From: a virus
IMG/VR virus record: IMGVR_UViG_3300031695_000001
DNA length: 64,000 bases
Strand: one strand, 5' to 3'
Under the pieces are notes generated by a model that worked only from the letters and a program-made list of their open reading frames with translations, was not told the DNA's origin and searched no databases. Shown in pieces: positions 9,901 to 18,393 of this stretch (positions are counted from its first letter, which is position 1; each line of letters starts with the position of its first letter). The position numbers and the translations under genes are program-made.

Positions 9901-10226
9901 ACATATGCTCTGTTACTTACACCTAATACACTGTAAGCCGCTTGCAAACCGTATTCGTTGATTTCGCCGCCGTGTATTGGATTGTTGTTAGTGTCTGTCT
10001 TGAAACTTGGTTCACCAAATGTTTCTACCAAATCACGCTGTGATGTGATCAAGTAAGGTTTACCTGCGTTAGCAAGCAATGTACCTGGTGCGGTACCTGT
10101 TCCTGCGCCGTTCTTTTTATCTTGGGCGGAGGCTATAAAAATCATTGGTACAGTGCCGGGTTCTGCAGGTGTATAGAACGATTCGTCTATTACCTTAACC
10201 TCAACACCTGGGGATGATAACGCCAT
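6972..10226 (-). CDS. gp18: contractile tail sheath protein
   Basis: N-terminal SPGVEVKVIDES; C-terminal PWFAPAGTRRG, NPI, GQKT, LDRINVARL, FEPND, VCDESNNT, IEPVKAVEFI motifs; 1084 aa. Confidence 0.95.
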   Translation of the reverse strand: MALSSPGVEVKVIDESFYTPAEPGTVPMIFIASAQDKKNGAGTGTAPGTLLANAGKPYLITSQRDLVETFGEPSFKTDTNNNPIHGGEINEYGLQAAYSVLGVSNRAYVTRAAIDLDALAASSTAPTAYPAAGTYWFDTAMSIFGIFAWNSAAASVTGGQSFTNKVPTVITDATKVTGGAPKGSVGAIGDYAIVATTTLNKLYYKNYLGTWVQTGSTAWKASHATVAGTANPTIVVGQTIIINSTTVTASGTTGASLVGDINTASISGVTAASIDSVVHIFSTGANVVLAAGTGAMASAGFAAGTYYAPALTIAPHTSVPEYKTADTTSRPTGSLWIKTTQPNKGANWKVKVWNAGTKLWDTSAAPIYATNHEAIFNLDKTLGGSGLSLTQTYVKANDAEATVTAGDFKIYKRSTTGPTTITSGIISTGMSSASFTINIQETIVGNAALQSVTAVSGTTTGAATDAEVVANAINAVGLTNVSATVDAQNRVVISHSKGGEIRFKDHSGAAFAEMGFSAYVNANSGTTNLYTAPAGDTANEFVASNWQVLTYTASTTAPTALAANGTLWYSSITDEVDIMVHNGTTWVGYLDATSPFYDASTAQQTSPAGPIVSATEPLAATGQSDGTALKNGDIWVSTADLDNYPTIYKYSSATTKWVLLDAADQTTEDGVLFADARWGLTGATSNVAGTIIELLTNNFLDADAPDPALYPKGMLLVNLRRSGFNVKKFVRNSVDTNALNKRFNSSEAMTSYYTHRWVTESANQADGKGSFGQAAQRKVVIQSLQAMLNSNDAIRDDESRIFNVMATPGYPELIGEMVTLNYDRGITAFVLGDSPPKLTPDATSVNEWGTNVNLAVEDNAEGLVTSDEYLGIYYPWGFSSDNAGNNIVVPPSHMMLRTLALSDQVSYPWFAPAGTRRGGITNATATGYIDSEGEFNSIALNEGQRDTLYGVKVNPITFITGAGLVAFGQKTRARNASSLDRINVARLVIYMRSQLNKLAKPYIFEPNDKITRDEIKQAAESLCLELVGSRALYDYLVVCDESNNTASRIDKNELYLDIAIEPVKAVEFIFIPLRLKNTGEIAGL

Positions 10227-10257
10227 TTCTGTTTCTCCTAATAAGTGTGTTCACTAT

Positions 10258-10265
10258 TATTTATA
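10258..10265 (-). promoter_or_regulatory. late promoter TATAAATA (exact T4 gp55 consensus)
   Basis: Exact octamer upstream of gp18; AGGAG RBS follows. Confidence 0.8.
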
Positions 10266-10321
10266 TGAATTTAGTAATAACACCATAAGATACACCGAAT
10301 AAAAGGGGCACAAAAGGTGAG

Positions 10322-10328
10322 GTAAATA
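10322..10328 (+). promoter_or_regulatory. late promoter box GTAAATA (leaderless transcript)
   Basis: GTAAATA-CAAT-ATG (10333). Confidence 0.5.
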
Positions 10329-10332
10329 CAAT

Positions 10333-10668
10333 ATGAGACCATTATGCATTTGTAGACAAAGACCTGCCGCTATAAATTACAAAAAAGGCAACAAAACGTA
10401 CTATCGTAAACATTGCGAAGTATGCTTACGCAACGGACCGCACCACGGAATTCCTAAATGGAAGCAAGCTGGATACACTAAAAAGACTCATTGTGAGAAG
10501 TGTAATTATACAAGCGCCCATACAGAACAATTTAATGTATTCCATATAGACGGAGATTTAAACAATTCGTCACATACTAATTTAAAAACAGTATGTGCGA
10601 ACTGTCAGAGAATTATACAGAAAGTTGGGAAGAAGTGGAAGCAAGGTGACTTGCTACCAGATTTTTAA
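10333..10668 (+). CDS. Zn-finger / HNH-like protein
   Basis: CxC, CxxC, CEKC, VFHIDGDLNN...NLKTVCANC HNH-type motif. Confidence 0.7.
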   Translation: MRPLCICRQRPAAINYKKGNKTYYRKHCEVCLRNGPHHGIPKWKQAGYTKKTHCEKCNYTSAHTEQFNVFHIDGDLNNSSHTNLKTVCANCQRIIQKVGKKWKQGDLLPDF

Positions 10669-11224
10669 GATAGTCCATAGTTTTGTCATTATCTATTATT
10701 GCGCTGTGGTCAATACTGCACCACATGTATTCTGACTGATGTACTTCTTTTGGTTCTACTCCTATGTCTTCATACATGCGCAACCATACTGGATCATCAC
10801 CTCGGCGTACTCTCCAAACATTTCCACCAAGTGCATTTATCATTTTACCTTCGTTAGGAAAACGTACATCTGGAATAACATAATTTTGTGTTGGATTTTG
10901 CATAATTTCTTGCTTTACCATGCTAACCCAAATACCATCAAAGAAACCTTTACGCATACAGTCAGTACCAAACTCTTGTAACACAAGCCTAGGCGTTATT
11001 TCTCTGCCAGTTTCTTTAGACCAAAAGTCATCTCGCTTTTCGCGCCAGTTTCTGCTTTCATCTGTTATACCCTCAAGTAACGCTCTATCCCAATCAAACA
11101 TTTCTGCAACTGCATCTTTAAGTTTGTCTGCAAATGATAGTTTTTTAAAGTTGTATTGCTCTACCAGTATATCACCAACAGTACCTTTACCGCCGCCAAT
11201 TAACCCACATATTCCGATAATCAT
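10613..11224 (-). CDS. gp1: deoxynucleoside monophosphate kinase
   Basis: IIGICGLIGGGKGT P-loop, SFADKLKD, TPRLVLQEFGTD, IPDVRFPNE, HQSE. Confidence 0.9.
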   Translation of the reverse strand: MIIGICGLIGGGKGTVGDILVEQYNFKKLSFADKLKDAVAEMFDWDRALLEGITDESRNWREKRDDFWSKETGREITPRLVLQEFGTDCMRKGFFDGIWVSMVKQEIMQNPTQNYVIPDVRFPNEGKMINALGGNVWRVRRGDDPVWLRMYEDIGVEPKEVHQSEYMWCSIDHSAIIDNDKTMDYLKNLVASHLASTSSQLSV

Positions 11225-11232
11225 TTTTTTTC

Positions 11233-11889
11233 CTATAAAGTTATTTGTTCTGAACCATATCCAATATTACCTTTAGCAAAACAGTTAAATGCAATGCCAT
11301 ATCTATCTTTTTTACTATCTAAGCGATCTACTTTATGCTGTAAGTGTGACGGAAATAATAGTATGTCTCCTGTTACAGGATTTGTTGTAAATTGTTTTAT
11401 ATTGTACTGGTTGTAGTTTTTCTTTTTATATGTTAATGGTACACTATTATGAAACAAGTTAGGATACATATATGCTTTTTCAAAAGTTATTGGAGCAGTT
11501 GTAGAATCTGCATCAATATAATATACTCCGCTAATCATTGATCCTGCGTGTCCGTGACTTACAATATCTGCACTGCCTGCTCCTGCATCAATTTTATTAA
11601 TCCAACTTGCTTGTATTTCAAAATTAATATGATCTTCAATGTCTAGTACTTCGTGAGCAAAATAATCAATAGATTGTTGTATTAATGCTTTAAGTTTTCT
11701 AAGTTTTTTATTGTGTAGTATATGCATGCCTTGTTTATGTTGAGGCAAATGATCGTCTGTTCCGTCGTGGCCTACTGCTTGTATAGGATATTGTAAGTTT
11801 TTAACCCAGGCCATAGTAATAACATCAAGAGGACCAATATTACTTTTAAATAACGGCACAGAAAATAAAGGTATTACTTCATGATTCAT
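11233..11889 (-). CDS. 2OG-Fe(II) oxygenase (TIGR02466-like)
   Basis: PLFSVP, SWIN, HGH...SGVYY, FPSHLQHKV, RYGIAFN. Confidence 0.8.
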   Translation of the reverse strand: MNHEVIPLFSVPLFKSNIGPLDVITMAWVKNLQYPIQAVGHDGTDDHLPQHKQGMHILHNKKLRKLKALIQQSIDYFAHEVLDIEDHINFEIQASWINKIDAGAGSADIVSHGHAGSMISGVYYIDADSTTAPITFEKAYMYPNLFHNSVPLTYKKKNYNQYNIKQFTTNPVTGDILLFPSHLQHKVDRLDSKKDRYGIAFNCFAKGNIGYGSEQITL

Positions 11890-12509
11890 AGATCTAGCCT
11901 AGAAGTTCCGCCGCCTAGTGTACCTCTAGCAAATAAATTAAATGCTAAACTGAATCGCTCACTGTGTGTTATATTTTGTGTTACCATATGCTCAACATGT
12001 GACGGAAAGATAATAAGATCGCCTGCTATTGGATTCAATGCAAATGTTTCTAAATTATATTGATTTGCAATTTCTGTTTTGTAATCAACATTTACAACAT
12101 CAGGAAATAAATTATGATACCCGTGTGCTTTCTTAAAGTATATTTCACCAGCATCTTTTTCATTTTGAATATAGTACACTCCACTTAACATTGCATTTGA
12201 ATGCCAGTGCATTGAATTATGTTCGCCAGGTTTATGTCTATTGATCCAACTGTTTTCTAAAATAAAGTCGAGATCATCGTGTATGCCTAATTCAGTATGT
12301 ACAAAAAAGTCACTGACTTCTTTTATCTTTGATTTAAGTTTTTTAAGTTTAGGCTCATTTAATATATACTTGTTAGCAGTATGATCATGATCAGTAGCTT
12401 CTTCAGGGAAGTGTTGATTTTTAATCCAAGCCATTGTAATGATATCAGGCTTGCCTATGTTTGTTTTGAATAGTGGAACAGACCACATTGGAGTTGTTAT
12501 ATATTGCAT
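11886..12509 (-). CDS. 2OG-Fe(II) oxygenase (TIGR02466-like), tandem paralogue
   Basis: SWIN, HWH...SGVYY, FPSHVEHMV, RFSLAFN. Confidence 0.8.
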   Translation of the reverse strand: MQYITTPMWSVPLFKTNIGKPDIITMAWIKNQHFPEEATDHDHTANKYILNEPKLKKLKSKIKEVSDFFVHTELGIHDDLDFILENSWINRHKPGEHNSMHWHSNAMLSGVYYIQNEKDAGEIYFKKAHGYHNLFPDVVNVDYKTEIANQYNLETFALNPIAGDLIIFPSHVEHMVTQNITHSERFSLAFNLFARGTLGGGTSRLDL

Positions 12510-12515
12510 TGTTAC

Positions 12516-12544
12516 ATTATATAACGATTCTTCTCCAATGTCAA
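12516..12544 (-). promoter_or_regulatory. sigma70-type promoter, perfect consensus
   Basis: Minus strand TTGACA (12544-12539), 17-nt spacer, TATAAT (12521-12516), 6 nt, then ATG (12509). Confidence 0.85.
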
Positions 12545-12557
12545 GTCTTTTTTTGAA

Positions 12558-13316
12558 TTAGCCTATAGTAAATCCGTAACCAGTACCGCCTGCCATTGCC
12601 ATTGATACTTCGTTCTCTAGTTTTTCCATTTCAGCTTGTGCTTCTGCTTTAAGAGTATCACCGTTAAGTTGTGACCCGCCTTGTGGTCCTGCAATCGTAG
12701 CAAACTTTGATCGAGCTTCACCTAACATGAATTTACATGTAGCAAGTGTATAACTTTTAATCCAATCAATTGCCATATAGTCCGAAAACAAAGATTCGTC
12801 CGGACGATAGTTGTAGCAGTACAACATTAATGTTTCTTCTGCTCTTGGACGTTGTAACATTGTTAGTTGCTTTGAAACACTGTTCCAATTGAACTCAATA
12901 AACGAACCAAACATTCTTCCTACTAGTTCTTGGTACTGACTAAACATATCGTATGTTGCTAGTCCTCCCATATTAGAACCAGAAAGCAAGTATGTATTTG
13001 TGTATGCTAAGTTAAACGGTTCAAATATACTGCCGCCATCTCCACCGCCACTTCTTGATCCTACACTTCTGCGGAATATTGTTCTTACTTCCATTACTTC
13101 GTTTGGAAGTGTGTATGTATTTTGATCTACGATAGTCGGCATAAACAAGTACGATTCTTCTGCAGAATGGTCACTTCTTTGACGATACCGAGTAAGTGCT
13201 TTTGTTAGTGCAGTTTCATAATGTACAGGGTCAAGTTCGACATCTACCATTCCGCCACCTAACATAGCATATACATAGTCAAAAATTTCTTGTTTCTTTG
13301 TAGTTGTGTTTGCCAT
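12558..13316 (-). CDS. gp13: neck protein / head-tail adaptor
   Basis: LGGGMVDVEL, WIKSYTLA...MLGEARSKF...GPQGG.QLNG..LK.EA pattern of T4 gp13-like proteins. Confidence 0.8.
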   Translation of the reverse strand: MANTTTKKQEIFDYVYAMLGGGMVDVELDPVHYETALTKALTRYRQRSDHSAEESYLFMPTIVDQNTYTLPNEVMEVRTIFRRSVGSRSGGGDGGSIFEPFNLAYTNTYLLSGSNMGGLATYDMFSQYQELVGRMFGSFIEFNWNSVSKQLTMLQRPRAEETLMLYCYNYRPDESLFSDYMAIDWIKSYTLATCKFMLGEARSKFATIAGPQGGSQLNGDTLKAEAQAEMEKLENEVSMAMAGGTGYGFTIG

Positions 13317-13336
13317 ATTTTAAATCTCTCCATTAG

Positions 13337-13357
13337 TATTTATCGTTACGATAAATA
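13337..13357. promoter_or_regulatory. palindromic bidirectional late promoter
   Basis: TATTTATCGT-T-ACGATAAATA: perfect 10-bp inverted repeat giving ATAAATA on both strands between divergent gp13 and gp14. Confidence 0.8.
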
Positions 13358-13380
13358 TGTATAATAATAGGAGAACCAAT

Positions 13381-14541
13381 TTGCCCAGATTGTCGTTATA
13401 CAAACCGGAAAAGGGCAAGGATTATACGTTTTTAGACAAACAGATCCTTGAAATGTTTACAATAGGCGGAACTGATGTATTTGTTCACAAGTATCTTGGT
13501 CCTAGCAATCCGTCAGCAACTGAAGCAACTGCTGATCAACCTACGTATGCAGGCGGAGTATCAGCCTCTAATATTCAAGATATGTTGTTTTTAGAAAATA
13601 GAGATAGAAAATACGATACTTCTATATACGAAATGCGCGGCATTTATAATATACAAGATATAGATTTTGATCTAAGTGCATTTGGTATGTTCTTGCAAAA
13701 TGACACAGTGTTTATGACAGTACATATTAATAGCAGTGTAAAGACACTTGGCAGAAAGCCAATGAACGGTGATGTAATCGAGTTGCCGCATTTAAAAGAT
13801 GAATATGCACTTGATAATAATACTATGGCACTTAAACGATTTTATGTTATAGATGATATTAACAGAGCCGCAGAAGGATTTAGCCCTACTTGGTATCCGC
13901 ACTTATATAGATTAAAATTAAAATCGTTAGTAGACAGTCAAGAATTCAAAGAGGTATTAAATTTACCTGCAGAAGAAGGTTCTGATACTACACTACGAGA
14001 TTTACTTTCAACATACGAAACAGAAATGCAAATTAACAATGCAGTAGTTGCTCAAGCAGAATCAGATGCCGCAAAGAGCGGATTTGATATTAGTCATTAT
14101 TATACGTTAGCTACTAACGCAGACGGAAGTGTTGCATTGCAAACAGCCGATGAAACAGATTTAGATGCAAGTAACATTAGCCTAAGCGCAGATGAAATTG
14201 CTGATAGACCAAACAGAGCCGGTTATCAAGGATACTTGCTAGGTACAGGAGCATCACCAAATGGCGCGGCGTTTGGCCAAGGTATTGGATTCCCTGCAAC
14301 TAGGGAAGACGGTGACTACTTTTTAAGGACAGATATGAGCCCAAAACGTTTATTTAAATATGATGGTACTAGGTGGCTTAAAGTACAAGACGATGTTCGT
14401 GTTACACTATCTAATACATCTACTCGTAATACACAAAAAGGTACATTTGTTAATAACACAGCTACTAGTCAGATAGCTGGAGAAACAGTAACAGAGCGTC
14501 AAGGCTTATCGAAAGCACTTAGACCAAAGGCGGATAATTAA
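13381..14541 (+). CDS. gp14: neck protein / head closure
   Basis: IQDMLFLENRDRKY, DFDLSAFG, GRKPMNGDVIELPH motifs. Likely TTG start at 13381 after the AGGAG RBS. Confidence 0.7.
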   Translation: MPRLSLYKPEKGKDYTFLDKQILEMFTIGGTDVFVHKYLGPSNPSATEATADQPTYAGGVSASNIQDMLFLENRDRKYDTSIYEMRGIYNIQDIDFDLSAFGMFLQNDTVFMTVHINSSVKTLGRKPMNGDVIELPHLKDEYALDNNTMALKRFYVIDDINRAAEGFSPTWYPHLYRLKLKSLVDSQEFKEVLNLPAEEGSDTTLRDLLSTYETEMQINNAVVAQAESDAAKSGFDISHYYTLATNADGSVALQTADETDLDASNISLSADEIADRPNRAGYQGYLLGTGASPNGAAFGQGIGFPATREDGDYFLRTDMSPKRLFKYDGTRWLKVQDDVRVTLSNTSTRNTQKGTFVNNTATSQIAGETVTERQGLSKALRPKADN

Positions 14542-15983
14542 TGTCTCAACACTTTTATGACGGACAAGTAAGACGATACATTACACAACTAGTAAGGATG
14601 ATGAGCAATTTTGCTTATAAAGACGGTGCAGGTGCAGAAGTAGTTGTTCCTGTCATGTATGGTGACTTAACTAGACAAGTAGCAAGTATTATCAAAGGTA
14701 ACTCAGAAAATAAAATACCTAGTGCTCCTAGAATGGCTGTATATATTACAGCATTAGCAATTGACAGAGATCGCACAAGTGATTCGAGTTATGTGAGCAA
14801 AGTTAATGTTAGAGAAAAAGCATATGACGAATCTGGGAAGGAATATTTAAATTACGAAGGTAAGAATTATACGGTTGAACGACTAATGCCAACACCGTAT
14901 ACACTTACAGTTAATGTGGATATATGGACAACGAATACTGATCAAAAGTTACAGTTACTTGAACAAATTTTAATGTTGTTTAACCCAAGTTTAGAAATAC
15001 AAACAACAGACAACTACATTGACTGGACTAGTTTAACAACTGTTACACTAGATAATGTAAACTTTAGTTCTAGAACAGTTCCAGTTGGTGTTGACGACTC
15101 AATTGATGTTGCTACATTAACCTTTGTAACTCCAATATGGATCTCACCTCCAGTTAAAGTTAAACGACTAGGTGTAATTACAAATATTATTACAAGCATG
15201 TTTGACGAAGCACAAGGAACTGTTGAACTAGGATTAACAGTTCCAGAACTTAATGCGTTTGATGACGCTAGTGTTGCTGGTGCGCTTGATAAGAACGGTG
15301 GCAGAACTGTGCAAACAACTAATAATTCAATAACACAAACAACTAACTATATGGGTTATGATGCATATGTAGACGGTAGTATTGTAAAATTATTAGATAA
15401 AGGAACAATTGGACAAACTAGTTGGAGGAATGTACTAGACTCGCATCCGGGATCATACCAGGCGGGTATTAGTAGAATTTATCTTAATAAACTAGATACT
15501 GATACAGCAATTACAGGCACATTTGCGTTAAATTCAATAGACGATACACAACTAGTTGTGAATTGGGATACTGATTCATTCCCAGCTAACACTGTAATTG
15601 ACAGTAGCAACAGATCATTAGGTGCGTTAACATCTATTGATTATATTATTGACCCAACTAAAACATTCCCAGCTACTAAAGCACAAGGAACTAGAGTACT
15701 ACTACTTGGAGCAATAGGCGATGCATCTAATACTGACGGAGCCGATGCTTGGAAGAACACAAATAATACAGACTTAGTTGCTAGTGAAAACGATATTATC
15801 GAATGGAGCGGAAGTGTATGGAGCATAGTATTTGATGCATCGGCTACAGTTAACGCAACTACAGTAACATATACTACTAACCTAAATACTGGCATACAGT
15901 ACAGATGGAACGGCGAAGATTGGTTACTTAGCGTCGAAGGACAGTATCCACAAGGAACATGGAGAGTTGCACTCAACGGATAA
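14541..15983 (+). CDS. gp15: tail sheath stabiliser / tail terminator with C-terminal extension
   Basis: HFYDGQVRRY, VPVMYGD, PRMA, MPTPY.L, Q.LEQIL..FNP, TLTF..PIWISPP motifs. Confidence 0.8.
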   Translation: MSQHFYDGQVRRYITQLVRMMSNFAYKDGAGAEVVVPVMYGDLTRQVASIIKGNSENKIPSAPRMAVYITALAIDRDRTSDSSYVSKVNVREKAYDESGKEYLNYEGKNYTVERLMPTPYTLTVNVDIWTTNTDQKLQLLEQILMLFNPSLEIQTTDNYIDWTSLTTVTLDNVNFSSRTVPVGVDDSIDVATLTFVTPIWISPPVKVKRLGVITNIITSMFDEAQGTVELGLTVPELNAFDDASVAGALDKNGGRTVQTTNNSITQTTNYMGYDAYVDGSIVKLLDKGTIGQTSWRNVLDSHPGSYQAGISRIYLNKLDTDTAITGTFALNSIDDTQLVVNWDTDSFPANTVIDSSNRSLGALTSIDYIIDPTKTFPATKAQGTRVLLLGAIGDASNTDGADAWKNTNNTDLVASENDIIEWSGSVWSIVFDASATVNATTVTYTTNLNTGIQYRWNGEDWLLSVEGQYPQGTWRVALNG

Positions 15984-15991
15984 CTATTTTT

Positions 15992-16432
15992 ATGAAAGAA
16001 ATAGTCTGTAGTGGAGCCTTATTTTATAGTTTAACAACAAAAAGATTTCTCTTTTTGCATCGAGCTAGTGGCAAACATAATAAATTATGGGGATTAGTTG
16101 GCGGTACTAACGAAGGGGCAGAAACTCCTTGGGAAGGTCTTCAGCGAGAAATTACTGAAGAAATCGGCGAGCTTCCTCCTATTACTAAAACTATGCCGTT
16201 AGAAACATTTGTATCTACTGATAGTAAGTTTTCCTTTCATACATATCTATGTGTAATTAAGGAGGAATTTATACCTAAACTTAATACAGAACATGACGGC
16301 TATGCTTGGGTAAGTTTTAGTAAATGGCCTAAGCCATTGCACCACGGATTGCGCAACACCCTTCAAAGTAAAATTAGTCTAAACAAGCTAGAAACTGTAT
16401 TTAAAGTTATTGATTTACTTGACAAATCTTAA
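15992..16432 (+). CDS. NUDIX hydrolase
   Basis: GGTNEGAETPWEGLQREITEEIG Nudix box; likely start at ATG 15992. Confidence 0.85.
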   Translation: MKEIVCSGALFYSLTTKRFLFLHRASGKHNKLWGLVGGTNEGAETPWEGLQREITEEIGELPPITKTMPLETFVSTDSKFSFHTYLCVIKEEFIPKLNTEHDGYAWVSFSKWPKPLHHGLRNTLQSKISLNKLETVFKVIDLLDKS

Positions 16433-16447
16433 CTAACCAAGTATAAT
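16419..16447 (+). promoter_or_regulatory. sigma70-type promoter, perfect consensus
   Basis: TTGACA (16419-16424), 17-nt spacer, TATAAT (16442-16447), 6 nt, then ATG (16454). Confidence 0.85.
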
Positions 16448-16453
16448 AACACT

Positions 16454-17605
16454 ATGAAAGTATTAGTTCTCGGCGATGTAATAATCGACAAATATATCTA
16501 TGGCACTTCAGAACGTTTAAGTCCTGAGGCTCCTGTACCAATTGTTAAATACCAAAAAGAAGTTTGGACAATTGGAGGTGCTGGACTTGTTTACGAAAAC
16601 TTGAAAAGCCTAGGAGTTGATGTAACACTATTTAAAACTGAACAACCTAGTAGCATTAAAACTAGAGTAATTTGCGATGGTCATTATGTTACACGCATTG
16701 ACGATGATAAACATGCAGACAGTGCCGCAGTATTAGATGCTGTACAAGCAACTGATTTTACAAAATACGACTATGTTATATTAAGTGATTATAATAAAGG
16801 TGTACTAGATGAGTCACTTAATATAATTGAACACTTAAATGCATTTGGTTGTAAAGTAATTGTAGATCCTAAGGAACATGCAAATCATTATATCAATGCC
16901 TGGCTAATAAAACCTAACTATAGTGAGTTTACTAAGTTTGGATTTATAAGCTGGCAAGGTAATATTATTACAACCAACGCTGGTGGCAATGTTGTTGCTA
17001 CAATAGATAATACAGATTACGATATTCCAGTCGAAGCTGTAGAAGTATCAGATGTTACAGGTGCAGGAGATTGTTTTTTGGCCGCATTTGTATACGGATT
17101 AACAAAGCAATACAATCATAAGCAGTGTTTAGAACTTGCTGTTAGAGGTTCTAGAGAAGCAGTTAAGCACGTAGGCACATACACACTTACAGTAACCGAT
17201 ATCGAAGATACTATTGTGTTTACTAATGGCGTATTTGATATATTACACATTGGGCACTTAAAGCTTCTTAGCCATGCCAAAACACTAGGTAATCGCTTAG
17301 TAGTGGGCATTAACAGCGATTCCAGTGTTAAGCGATTAAAAGGTGATTTAAGACCCATTAACGATGAAAGCACCCGCAAGGAAAGCCTGTTAATGCTTGG
17401 TTTTGTAGACGAGGTAATAGTGTTTGAAGAAGACACTCCGTTGGAAACAATAACCATCTTAGAGCCAAATATTATAGTAAAGGGTGGAGACTATATTCCA
17501 GCTACAGTAGTAGGAAATCATCTTGCTACAGTTGTTATTTTTCCTACAGTTGAAGGACATAGCACAACAAAGATAATTAATTATAAAGAGGAGAACACAC
17601 TATGA
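16454..17605 (+). CDS. hldE: bifunctional heptose-7-phosphate kinase / heptose-1-phosphate adenylyltransferase
   Basis: GDVIIDKY..G...RLSPEAPVP, SDYNKG, DVTGAGD (PfkB domain), then TNGVFDILHIGH, GINSDSSVKRLKG..RPIN, KGGDY, STT. Confidence 0.92.
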   Translation: MKVLVLGDVIIDKYIYGTSERLSPEAPVPIVKYQKEVWTIGGAGLVYENLKSLGVDVTLFKTEQPSSIKTRVICDGHYVTRIDDDKHADSAAVLDAVQATDFTKYDYVILSDYNKGVLDESLNIIEHLNAFGCKVIVDPKEHANHYINAWLIKPNYSEFTKFGFISWQGNIITTNAGGNVVATIDNTDYDIPVEAVEVSDVTGAGDCFLAAFVYGLTKQYNHKQCLELAVRGSREAVKHVGTYTLTVTDIEDTIVFTNGVFDILHIGHLKLLSHAKTLGNRLVVGINSDSSVKRLKGDLRPINDESTRKESLLMLGFVDEVIVFEEDTPLETITILEPNIIVKGGDYIPATVVGNHLATVVIFPTVEGHSTTKIINYKEENTL

Positions 17606-18393
17606 AATTTATAGCGGCAATGGATCACAGCGGCGGATCAACAGGCAGTGTACTAGAACGTTACGAACAAGAGTATACAGAAGAAAACAAAATGGACCTT
17701 GTCCATCAAATGCGATTGCGAATGATTAACTCGCCATTATTTAACGGTGAATATATTTGGGCGGCAATACTTTATACAGATACTATCGAACGTGGAATCA
17801 CAGAACTACTTAGAAACAAAGGTATTGAAAGCTATGTTAAAATTGATAGCGGATGCGAAGCTGATGGAACACTAAAGGCATTTAACGTTGAAGCTATGAT
17901 CGAGTTTGCTCACGAAAATGATTGCACTGGTACTAAGATGCGTAGCATTGTTAAGACTACAGACAGCATTGACCCAATATTAAAACAACAGTTTGAAATT
18001 GCGCAGACAATTGTTAACAACGGCCTAACTCCAATCGTTGAGCCAGAAGTTCCAATTGATCTTAAAGAAAAACGAGATATTGAGATACAGCTTCGACATG
18101 CAATGGAAGATTACTTAGACAACTTTAATGGACAAGTTATTTTAAAACTTACTATACCTGACGAAGCAAATTTATACCAAGCATTATCACAGCACAAAAA
18201 TGTTAAAAAGCTAGTCGGACTCAGTGGCGGTTATACAACTTCGGAAGCAGTTTCTAAACTTAGTCAACAATTAGATATGAGTGCAAGTTTTAGTAGAGCA
18301 TTAAGCGAAGGGCTGTTTGCACATCAACACCCATCCGAATTTGATAAAAAGATCTCTACAAACATTAAGAGGATCGAAGGAGCTAGTTCGTGA
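17602..18393 (+). CDS. fda: class I fructose-bisphosphate aldolase (bacterial type)
   Basis: FIAAMDHSGGST, KIDSG, GTKMRS, PIVEPEV, ILKLTIP (Schiff-base Lys), LSGGY, ASFSRALSEGL. Confidence 0.85.
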   Translation: MKFIAAMDHSGGSTGSVLERYEQEYTEENKMDLVHQMRLRMINSPLFNGEYIWAAILYTDTIERGITELLRNKGIESYVKIDSGCEADGTLKAFNVEAMIEFAHENDCTGTKMRSIVKTTDSIDPILKQQFEIAQTIVNNGLTPIVEPEVPIDLKEKRDIEIQLRHAMEDYLDNFNGQVILKLTIPDEANLYQALSQHKNVKKLVGLSGGYTTSEAVSKLSQQLDMSASFSRALSEGLFAHQHPSEFDKKISTNIKRIEGASS

